A stretch of 64,000 nt of DNA from a virus: positions 2,924 through 66,923 of IMG/VR virus record IMGVR_UViG_3300044624_000801. One strand, 5' to 3'. The notes beneath the pieces are model-generated. The model saw only the letters and a list, made by a program, of their open reading frames with translations, made no database searches and was not told the origin of the DNA. Of this stretch, positions 56,211-64,000 are shown one piece after another. Numbering within the stretch: the first letter of the stretch is position 1; the number at the start of each line of letters is the position of its first letter. Position numbers and translations under genes: made by a program.

Positions 56211-56842
56211 TGTTATTACTTCGTGAAAACCTTTCGTTTACACAAGCCGGTATCGTTGTTGAATCAACTGACAACGAGACTGGCGGTAAAAGTTTGTACA
56301 TGAAAGGTATTTGCATACAGGGCGGCATTAAAAACGCTAACCAAAGGGTATATCCTGTGGACGAGATTGGCAGGGCTGTTAAGACTCTAAACGATCAGAT
56401 TGCCAATGGTTATTCTGTATGCGGTGAAGTAGATCATCCAGACGATCTAAAAATTAACCTAGACCGTGTCAGCCACATGATTACCTCAATGTGGATGGAC
56501 GGTCCAAATGGTTATGGCAAAATGAAAATATTACCTACCCCTATGGGCATGCTGGTCAAAACTATGTTAGAAGCCGGCGTTAAATTAGGTGTAAGTAGCA
56601 GAGGTTCCGGAAACGTCCGAGATGACGGGTCTGGTCACGTCAGCGACTTTGAAATCATTACGGTGGATATAGTTGCTCAACCAAGTGCTCCCGGTGCGTA
56701 TCCTACACCAATTTACGAAAATCTCATGAACACTCGTGGCGGTTTAAGTAGCCTTCGTATAGCGAAGGAGGTGCAGGGCGACCCGAAAGCGCAGAAGTAT
56801 CTCAAGGAAAGCCTATTAAGAATAATAGGCGGTCTCCAATAA
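56210..56842 (+). CDS. gp21: prohead protease gp21
   Basis: KNANQRVYP, GEVDHP, LPTPMG, LGVSSRGSG and VDIVAQPSAPGA. Confidence 0.96.
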   Translation: MLLLRENLSFTQAGIVVESTDNETGGKSLYMKGICIQGGIKNANQRVYPVDEIGRAVKTLNDQIANGYSVCGEVDHPDDLKINLDRVSHMITSMWMDGPNGYGKMKILPTPMGMLVKTMLEAGVKLGVSSRGSGNVRDDGSGHVSDFEIITVDIVAQPSAPGAYPTPIYENLMNTRGGLSSLRIAKEVQGDPKAQKYLKESLLRIIGGLQ

Positions 56843-56854
56843 TAGGAGGAATAC

Positions 56855-57946
56855 ATGTTGGATTCGTTAAAAACTTTGTTTGAAAACAATGTGATTTCTG
56901 AGGAGATGAGAGCAGAAATTGAACAAGCATGGGATCGCAGAGTTGTTGAAAACCGTCAAGAAGTTACACAACAATTACGCGAAGAATTTGCTCAACGCTA
57001 CGATCATGACAAACAAGTCATGGTAGAAGCCATGGACAAAATGATCAGTGAACACTTAGCTGTTGAAATTCAAGAGTTTAAGGAAGACAAGGCACAATTG
57101 GCAGAAGCAAAAGCCAAGTATGCTAAGAAGATGAAAGACGATGGCAAGAAGATGAAAGAATTTATGGTTCATCAACTGGCTAAAGAAATTTCAGAACTAC
57201 ACGAAGATCAGAAACAGTCAGCAGATAAATTCCAAAAACTTGAACAATTCATTATAGATGCTCTATCTGAAGAAATTGCAGAGTTTTATCAAGACAAGCA
57301 AGACCTGGCTGAAGCCAAGGTCAAATTAGTCAAAGAAGGTAGAGAACAGATTTCTGCATTAAAACAGAAATTTGTAAAACGTGCAGCAAGCATGGTAGAG
57401 TCTATGATCGGTAACAACCTATCTAAAGAAATTACCCAACTCAAAGAAGATATTGAGAGTGCTCGTCGCAACGACTTTGGACGTAAATTATTCGAAGCTT
57501 TTGCTTCTGAATACCAAGCAAGTTACCTAAACGAGAAATCTGAAACTTCAAAATTACTCAAGGTCATAGACCTGAAAGATCTAGCCATTACTGAAGCAAA
57601 AACTGCGGTAATAGCGACACAAAAGATTTTAGAAAGTAAAGAGTCAGAAGTCAACCGTTTACAAGATGCTATGCAAAGACAGACCACAATGGCTGAACTT
57701 TTTGCTCCACTGAGCAAGGATCAGAAAAACATTATGTCTGAGCTGTTAGAAAGTGTGCAAACACCAAAATTACAAAATAGTTTTGAAAAATATCTACCAG
57801 CGGTAATTGCCGGCGAAACAAAACCAAAACAAAAACAGGCACTAGTAGAGGCAAAAGAAATTACTGGAAATAAGGTTTCCAGTACTCAAGTTAGTGGCGA
57901 GTACGATTCTAATATCAGAAGTATTAGACGTCTTGCTGGATTATAA
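56855..57946 (+). CDS. gp22: prohead core scaffold gp22
   Basis: Long coiled coil between gp21 and gp23. Confidence 0.85.
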   Translation: MLDSLKTLFENNVISEEMRAEIEQAWDRRVVENRQEVTQQLREEFAQRYDHDKQVMVEAMDKMISEHLAVEIQEFKEDKAQLAEAKAKYAKKMKDDGKKMKEFMVHQLAKEISELHEDQKQSADKFQKLEQFIIDALSEEIAEFYQDKQDLAEAKVKLVKEGREQISALKQKFVKRAASMVESMIGNNLSKEITQLKEDIESARRNDFGRKLFEAFASEYQASYLNEKSETSKLLKVIDLKDLAITEAKTAVIATQKILESKESEVNRLQDAMQRQTTMAELFAPLSKDQKNIMSELLESVQTPKLQNSFEKYLPAVIAGETKPKQKQALVEAKEITGNKVSSTQVSGEYDSNIRSIRRLAGL

Positions 57947-57966
57947 AGTTTAAGGAGAAAAACTAA

Positions 57967-59142
57967 ATGTCAGATCTACTAAATGGTCGTTGGCAAGAGA
58001 CCAAAGAGGCTCTATTAGAAGGCCTAAACGGTACCCGTAGAAGTTCGATGTCTGTAACTCTAGAAAATACTCGCAAGTATTTGGCTGAGTCAGCATCCGC
58101 AGGTGCTACCTCTGCCGGTAATGTCGCAACACTAAACCGTGTGATATTGCCAGTTATTCGTCGTGTCATGCCAACCGTTATCGCTAACGAGTTGGTTGGT
58201 GTTCAGCCAATGACAGGTCCAGTTGGACAAATTCACACTCTACGTGTGCGTTATTCAGATACATCAGCAGGCGCTGGTGTTCTAGCAGGTGAAGAGGCTC
58301 TAAGCCCATTCAAAATTGCTGCTAGTTATTCTGGTAACGAGACAGCAGCAACACCCCGAGCAGGTAGCACCGCTACTTTAGAAGGTGCTGCTGGTAAGCG
58401 TATGAGCATCCAGATCCTAAAGCAAGTAGTTGAGGCTAAAACCCGTAAACTAAGTGCTCGTTGGACATTTGAAGCTGCGCAAGATGCACAAGCCCAACAA
58501 GGCATTGACATCGAAGCAGAAATCATGGCTGCTTTGGCACAAGAAATCACTGCTGAAATTGATCAAGAAATCTTAGGATCTCTACGTTCATTAGCAGGCA
58601 CAGCCGTTGAAACATACAACCAGGCTGCAGTTTCTGGTACAGCAACATTCGTTGGTGATGAGCATGCCGCATTGGCAGTTCAAATCAACCGTGCTGCTAA
58701 CTTGATCGCTCAGCGTACACGTCGTGGTGCTGGTAACTACGCAGTGGTTAGCCCAATGGCATTGACAATTCTTCAAAGTGCTACAACTAGTGCGTTTGCT
58801 CGTACTACTGAAGGTACTTTCGAAGCACCTACAAACACCAAGTTTGTTGGTACATTGAACAGTGCAATGCGTGTTTATGTTGACAGTTATGCTAGCGACA
58901 GCACAGGCGTATTGATTGGTTACAAAGGTTCTAGCGAATCTGATGCACCAGCATTCTACTGCCCATACATTCCATTGATGAGCAGTGGCGTTGTGTTAGA
59001 TCCATCAACATTCGAGCCAGTCGTGTCATTCATGACACGTTATGGTTATGTTGAACTAACCAACACAGCATCATCTCTTGGTAATGCTGCTGATTACTTG
59101 GCTAACGTTGCTATCACAAACGCAAACGTTCGATTCAGTTAA
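57967..59142 (+). CDS. gp23: major capsid protein gp23
   Basis: LPVIRRVMP..IA.ELVGVQPMTGPVGQI, VEAKTRKLSARWT.EAAQD, TRRGAGN, FYCPYIPL and FMTRYG. Confidence 0.98.
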   Translation: MSDLLNGRWQETKEALLEGLNGTRRSSMSVTLENTRKYLAESASAGATSAGNVATLNRVILPVIRRVMPTVIANELVGVQPMTGPVGQIHTLRVRYSDTSAGAGVLAGEEALSPFKIAASYSGNETAATPRAGSTATLEGAAGKRMSIQILKQVVEAKTRKLSARWTFEAAQDAQAQQGIDIEAEIMAALAQEITAEIDQEILGSLRSLAGTAVETYNQAAVSGTATFVGDEHAALAVQINRAANLIAQRTRRGAGNYAVVSPMALTILQSATTSAFARTTEGTFEAPTNTKFVGTLNSAMRVYVDSYASDSTGVLIGYKGSSESDAPAFYCPYIPLMSSGVVLDPSTFEPVVSFMTRYGYVELTNTASSLGNAADYLANVAITNANVRFS

Positions 59143-59166
59143 TCAAATCTTTTTTAAAAGAAAAAC

Positions 59167-59194
59167 AAAGCGGGTGGCAACATCCGCTTTTTTT
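59167..59194 (+). terminator. rho-independent terminator after gp23
   Basis: AAAGCGGGTG-gcaa-CATCCGCTTT stem with a GNRA loop, followed by a T-run. Confidence 0.9.
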
Positions 59195-59211
59195 ATGACT
59201 TGAGCAAAATG

Positions 59212-59219
59212 GCTAAATA
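59212..59219 (+). promoter_or_regulatory. late promoter variant GCTAAATA
   Basis: TAAATA core just after the terminator. Confidence 0.55.
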
Positions 59220-59307
59220 TCATGTCTAAAAATGATTTTGTTTACCAGCAAAACTTATGCAGTAACCCCACTGCGTAGACCTAGAACGTCAACATAAGGA
59301 GAAACAA

Positions 59308-59688
59308 ATGGGACGTCCATTAAGAAAAGATGTATTAGGTACTGATGTTATCGGCACCCCGGTCAGCGACACTGGCATCAAAGTTCAGTCACATGATGGC
59401 AGCACTCTAAGTGCAGCTTCGTTTATTATTAAGCAGCGCGGCGCAAAAACGTTTGTTATTACAACTAACGGAACAGATCGTCAAACTTGCGTGTTACAAA
59501 GTACAACACCGGCCGCAGCAGGCCAAATGTTAATGATGGGATTTACACAACCTTATCAAGCAGATGCAAATGCAGTACCTATCGCTAAAATTACCAAACG
59601 TGTTGCTACTGATTTTAGCGGTGTTCGTTATACATGGTATTTAGAAAATGATTCGTCAACTGACGTTATTGTGCTGACAGCAATCTAA
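59308..59688 (+). CDS. virion protein (possible capsid decoration protein)
   Basis: 126 aa with a strong TAAGGAG RBS, directly after the major capsid gene. Confidence 0.6.
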   Translation: MGRPLRKDVLGTDVIGTPVSDTGIKVQSHDGSTLSAASFIIKQRGAKTFVITTNGTDRQTCVLQSTTPAAAGQMLMMGFTQPYQADANAVPIAKITKRVATDFSGVRYTWYLENDSSTDVIVLTAI

Positions 59689-59702
59689 TTTAGGATACTG
59701 CG

Positions 59703-60704
59703 ATGAAAGTTGTTCACGTCAAAGATGGTGGCTATAAAGTAATAGTGCAGTCTGGTGGTACTATTGTTCTAGACACCGGTTCTACGATTGGTAATGTGTT
59801 GGTCACTGGTAATCTCACAGTCAACGGCACTACTACCACTATTAATTCTTCTACTTTGACTGTGGACGACAATATCATAGTAATCAATGAAGGCGAAGGC
59901 GGTGCTGGAATCACATTGGTGCAGGCAGGTATTGAAATTGATCGAGGATCATTGCCTAATGCAGAAATATTTTTTAACGAATCAATAAGTCATTACAGTC
60001 CTACATTGGCAACTACAGTGTCGGGAACTTTTGTTTTTAGAAATCAATCAGGCACTTTGTTGGGTCTAAGAACCAACAGTATCATGACCGGTGGTAGTAA
60101 TTTAGCATTGGTAGGATCAGGTTCAGGTGTTATCACAGTGCAGGGCACTACTAACTACGAACAAAATGTATTAGATTATAGTGATCCTTTAAAACAACCA
60201 ATAAACGGGGATTTCATTCCCAATGCACAAGCAATGGTGGACTATGTTACTGCTTCGTTTACAGGAATTTTGCAACCTGGTATTGAAGATGGTGATACCA
60301 GTGTGCGTACCAAAGATCAAAGCAATTTGAATAATCCATTGCCCAGCGTTATTGAATTTAAAGTAGACAACGTGTTGATTGGTGAAATTAACTCCAGCGG
60401 ATTAGAAATTGGTAATATTGTCATCGGCGGCGATACCATTACTGATAGCAGTGTTAACAATTTGACCATTACCAGTAACACCGGTGAAGTGGACATGGAT
60501 GCTGTGTTAAGTTTGTTGGATCAATCAGACCCAACACCCACAGCAGGCGCTTGCAAAATTTATACAAAAACAGCAGTGGGCAGCGGCAACACTGGCCTGT
60601 ATTATGTCAATACAAAAATTGACTTTGATGGTTCAACTGTGATAAATTTACAAGACGAGTTGGTAAGTAAAAATCGTGCGTTATTGTTTAGTATGTTATT
60701 TTAA
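59703..60704 (+). CDS. virion structural / fibre protein
   Basis: VTGNLTVNGTTTTINSSTLTVDDNII beta-repeat, also seen in 14156-16003. Confidence 0.65.
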   Translation: MKVVHVKDGGYKVIVQSGGTIVLDTGSTIGNVLVTGNLTVNGTTTTINSSTLTVDDNIIVINEGEGGAGITLVQAGIEIDRGSLPNAEIFFNESISHYSPTLATTVSGTFVFRNQSGTLLGLRTNSIMTGGSNLALVGSGSGVITVQGTTNYEQNVLDYSDPLKQPINGDFIPNAQAMVDYVTASFTGILQPGIEDGDTSVRTKDQSNLNNPLPSVIEFKVDNVLIGEINSSGLEIGNIVIGGDTITDSSVNNLTITSNTGEVDMDAVLSLLDQSDPTPTAGACKIYTKTAVGSGNTGLYYVNTKIDFDGSTVINLQDELVSKNRALLFSMLF

Positions 60705-60713
60705 GGAAAAATC

Positions 60714-61046
60714 ATGGCGGTTCAGAGTGTAGTAATCAACAATACAAATACAAACTTGTTTGTGTCATCTGGCAACAATGCCGTGACAACAATTATGATT
60801 TGTAACAGAATACCGTTTGATCCGTTAGACCCAGCAGCAGATCAAACATATCTGTATTTGCACATTGTGGCCAATGGCGACGGAGTGACAGATACTAATC
60901 TAGTGGTCAATAAACTGTTGGTGCCAGCAGGTGAAACAGTGACATTTGACACTGAAAAAATAGTGTTGGCTAACGGAGATAGACTCGTGGCCAACACAGA
61001 GTTGCCTGCAAATTTAGTAGCCACAGTGAGTACATTGGTGTTGTAA
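60714..61046 (+). CDS. small virion structural protein
   Basis: 110-aa beta-rich ORF (EKIVLANGDRL) with AAGGA RBS. Confidence 0.65.
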   Translation: MAVQSVVINNTNTNLFVSSGNNAVTTIMICNRIPFDPLDPAADQTYLYLHIVANGDGVTDTNLVVNKLLVPAGETVTFDTEKIVLANGDRLVANTELPANLVATVSTLVL

Positions 61047-61558
61047 TGCGATATCTACAAAGACAATTGTTGAACAAACGCCAAGTGATAGACTTTGGCA
61101 TAGCCGTGGGCATCGGCGGAGACGTTGTTATCAATTCTACCAACAACGTGTTGTTGCCAAAAGGCACCACGGCAGAACGGCCAATAACACCCGTTGTGGG
61201 AATGATACGTTTCAATACTACAACAACAGAAGTTGAAGTATATCAAGGCAGTGCTTGGCGAAATTTAAGATTCAAAGAAGCAGCCGCTATAACTTTACAA
61301 AGTCTAGGATTCGGCGACGGATCTTCCACATTGTTTGGCCCACTGAGCCCTGTTCCTCCTAGCGTTATAGAAAGCGGCAGCACATGGGGCGGCCAGCACT
61401 TGATAGTGTTAGTAGAAAACGTCATACAGATATTCAATACAAATTACACAATCGTACAAAATCCTGGTGGAGGATATGCTGCTGGATATTATATTCAATT
61501 TACTGGACCGTCAATTCCCAATAAACCTATCAATGTACTACACGGATTTGATCGTTAA
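61046..61558 (+). CDS. virion structural protein
   Basis: LPKGTTAERP....GMIRFNTTTTEVEVYQGSAW fibre-junction motif. Confidence 0.7.
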   Translation: MRYLQRQLLNKRQVIDFGIAVGIGGDVVINSTNNVLLPKGTTAERPITPVVGMIRFNTTTTEVEVYQGSAWRNLRFKEAAAITLQSLGFGDGSSTLFGPLSPVPPSVIESGSTWGGQHLIVLVENVIQIFNTNYTIVQNPGGGYAAGYYIQFTGPSIPNKPINVLHGFDR

Positions 61559-61571
61559 ACAAGGACAATAA

Positions 61572-63680
61572 ATGGCACTGGTACTAAAAGACAGAGTTAA
61601 AGAAACAACAATCACAGTGGGAACTGGAAGTTTTCAACTGCAAGGCCCTGCGGCTGGCTTTAGACCTTTCAACGACATAGGTGACAGCAACACCACTTAC
61701 TATGCGGCGGTTACAGACAGTAGCATTGGTGAGTTTGAAATTGGCCTAGGTCAATTTAATTCAACCACTCAACAAATATCAAGAAGTCAAATTATTTCCA
61801 GCAGCAACAGTAACAATATTGTAAACTTCAGTGCTGGCGTCAAAGAAATCTTTGTGACATATCCAGGACCCAAGGGATTGTTTTTAAATTCTACCGGATT
61901 GGCAGAATTGCCAGCAGGCAGTTTAGTAGGCGGCACACCCATTGGTGGTGTTGGACCTACCGGACCCGTTGGACCTACTGGAGCATTTGGCGGCCCGACT
62001 GGACCAACTGGACCTACGGGACCCACTGGACCTACTGGACCAACTGGACCTACGGGACCACAAGGTAATAAAGCAGGTTTAAAATATACTTTCAGCACAA
62101 CAACTGCGATGGCTGATCCAGGATTAGGAATTGTAAGGTTCAACAATGCTGCTGTGGCCAGTGTAACTGCCATTGCTATCAGTGACATCACATATGATGC
62201 TGCCGATCTCAGTTCATACATGTTGACTTGGGACGACGGCACTCCTGTGGTCAAGGGATATTTAATTTTTAGAAGCAACAGCAACGCCAGTGCTACTCAT
62301 GCAATCTTTCAACTGACAGCAGTCACAGACAACAGCAGTTGGTTACAATTCACAGTGGCATATGTTTCAGGTATACTGCCCAGTAATCTAGACGAACTCA
62401 CTGTTGATCTAACTCGTACAGGCGATGTTGGCCCTACAGGACCAACCGGCCCTACTGGACCCACAGGCCCTACTGGCCCAACTGGCCCACAAGGCGACAA
62501 AGCCGGATTAAGATATAACTTTAGTACTACTACTACCATGGCTGATCCAGGGGCCGGGCAAGTAAGATATAATAATGCCACAGTAGGCAGTGTTACTGCA
62601 ATTGCCATAGATGACATAACTGCTGAAGGTACAGATGTTGAAAGTTATTTGTTAACCTGGGATGACGGCACAGCAAGTCCAAAAGGTTATATCTATTTTA
62701 AGAGCAATTTAAATTCCACGTCAACTGCTACTATCTTTGCTGTTAACAGTCTTACAGATAATGCTGGGTGGGTAGAATTAGCAGTAACTTATATAAGCGG
62801 AGTATTACCATCGGGTAGCCAGCAGTTAGTTGTAGATCTCAATAAGACTGGAAATATTGGGCCTATAGGACCGACTGGACCAACCGGACCTACAGATGCC
62901 AACAACTTGTTTGGCGGTGGTACAGGTCAAATTCCATATCAAACTGCTGCTGGTGCTACTGCATTTGACGCTGACCTAACATGGGATGCAACCACTAACA
63001 GACTAACAGTTAATACAGTGCAGATTGGTAGAGGCAATGCCGGCGACAATACAACTACCGCAGTTGGCAGAAATGCATTAAATGCAGTGACTTCCGGAGT
63101 TCAAAACACTGCTGTTGGCGCCCTAGCACTAGAAGATGCCAATGGCACTAATAATGTGGCTGTTGGTTTTAGTGCGGCACTCAATGCAGCAGTTGGTGAC
63201 AACAACGTGGCAGTGGGTGCAAATGCACTGTTTACATCTGCATCAGGCAGCAGTAATATTGCTATTGGTGCAAATAGTTTATACACAGTTACTGGAGCAG
63301 GTGGCAATGTGGCTATCGGTGACAGCGCATTGTATACTATAGGCAATCAAGCCGACAACAATATTGCTATTGGATTTTTTGCAGGATACGATTTAACAGG
63401 CAACGTTGATGGTAATGTGTTGTTAGGCAACTTTACAGGCAATGCTGACGGATTAGACATTTCTACATCCACCAACACTGTTACAGTGTCTAACGGTGCT
63501 GGCAATGTAAGACTGCACTATACTGCTAATGGTAACTTTGTAACTAAAATTCATACTGCTTCAACAACATTATGGGCCAACAATTTCTTAGAAATTTTTG
63601 CAACTTCTAATACTAGTCTAACTTTTAGATATAGAGGTAGCGACGGAACTACCCGCTCAGCGTCAATAACATTGTCTTAA
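61572..63680 (+). CDS. collagen-like fibre protein with duplicated domain and YadA-like head repeats
   Basis: Three (GPT)n tracts, two copies of a roughly 120-aa domain, and N.A.G..AL repeats near the C-terminus. Confidence 0.8.
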   Translation: MALVLKDRVKETTITVGTGSFQLQGPAAGFRPFNDIGDSNTTYYAAVTDSSIGEFEIGLGQFNSTTQQISRSQIISSSNSNNIVNFSAGVKEIFVTYPGPKGLFLNSTGLAELPAGSLVGGTPIGGVGPTGPVGPTGAFGGPTGPTGPTGPTGPTGPTGPTGPQGNKAGLKYTFSTTTAMADPGLGIVRFNNAAVASVTAIAISDITYDAADLSSYMLTWDDGTPVVKGYLIFRSNSNASATHAIFQLTAVTDNSSWLQFTVAYVSGILPSNLDELTVDLTRTGDVGPTGPTGPTGPTGPTGPTGPQGDKAGLRYNFSTTTTMADPGAGQVRYNNATVGSVTAIAIDDITAEGTDVESYLLTWDDGTASPKGYIYFKSNLNSTSTATIFAVNSLTDNAGWVELAVTYISGVLPSGSQQLVVDLNKTGNIGPIGPTGPTGPTDANNLFGGGTGQIPYQTAAGATAFDADLTWDATTNRLTVNTVQIGRGNAGDNTTTAVGRNALNAVTSGVQNTAVGALALEDANGTNNVAVGFSAALNAAVGDNNVAVGANALFTSASGSSNIAIGANSLYTVTGAGGNVAIGDSALYTIGNQADNNIAIGFFAGYDLTGNVDGNVLLGNFTGNADGLDISTSTNTVTVSNGAGNVRLHYTANGNFVTKIHTASTTLWANNFLEIFATSNTSLTFRYRGSDGTTRSASITLS

Positions 63681-63707
63681 TCCGAATCACAACATCATAC
63701 TATCTCA

Positions 63708-63715
63708 AATAAATA
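63708..63715 (+). promoter_or_regulatory. late promoter variant AATAAATA
   Basis: 7/8 match, 4 nt before the ATG at 63720. Confidence 0.55.
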
Positions 63716-63719
63716 GTAT

Positions 63720-64000
63720 ATGTTAGGATTTTCACCTTTAAGTTCATCCCCGCTGGGCACACCCGCACCTGGCTCCCCAATAGGTACTGGCGTTGGCAAA
63801 ATATCAGGGCCTTTGTTGGCTCCTAATTTAGAGCGAAGCGGTACAGACTTCAGTGTTGATACAGATTTATTATACTTAAATGTCAACGATCAACGTGTAG
63901 GTTTTGGCACAGATGTACCAGATGCAACATTGGCTGTTGACAATTTTGTTGCAACAAGTTTAATAATAGATGATGTAGGCAATATTGGTGATCTACAATA
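63720..64000 (+). CDS. virion structural protein, 3'-truncated by window edge
   Basis: Open frame MLGFSPLSSSPLGTPAPGSPIGTGVGKISGPLLAPNLERSGTDFSVDTDLLYLNV... running off the end; absent from the ORF track. Confidence 0.7.
   Translation, partial: MLGFSPLSSSPLGTPAPGSPIGTGVGKISGPLLAPNLERSGTDFSVDTDLLYLNVNDQRVGFGTDVPDATLAVDNFVATSLIIDDVGNIGDLQ

Noticed and set aside
1-64000. Alternative genetic code (stop-codon reassignment)
   Set aside because: Core genes are full length in code 11, and TAA, TGA and TAG all terminate genes at sensible positions.

Overview
This 64-kb window is a fragment of a large, AT-rich T4-like (Tevenvirinae/Kyanoviridae-style) myovirus genome using the standard genetic code. 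From left to right: (1) 1-7110 (+) early/metabolic genes, including RNase H/5'-3' exonuclease, a MoxR AAA ATPase with a VWA-metallopeptidase partner, a methyltransferase-like gene and thyX. (2) 7097-42150 (-) a long late block with tail-tube initiator, gp53, hub, gp5, gp25, gp6, a 4552-aa baseplate protein, three paralogous fibre proteins and four glycosyltransferase-like genes. (3) 42225-48068 (+) gp55 late sigma factor, gp47/gp46, a minimal GIY-YIG nuclease followed by about 490 nt of ORF-free, densely base-paired sequence, and a probable internal head protein. (4) A gp26-like gene with a -1 slippery site, divergent from a tape-measure-like gene. (5) Portal, core, protease, scaffold, major capsid and fibre genes. 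Sigma70-type promoters and T4-type late promoters (TATAAATA and variants) are visible. The best candidate for an undescribed system is the compact GIY-YIG nuclease, which has no evident DNA-binding domain, paired with a roughly 400-nt pseudoknotted ncRNA-like element. Next are a putative virion-glycosylation system and a programmed frameshift in the tail-chaperone gene. All protein calls come from motif recognition and synteny only; no database search or folding program was run.
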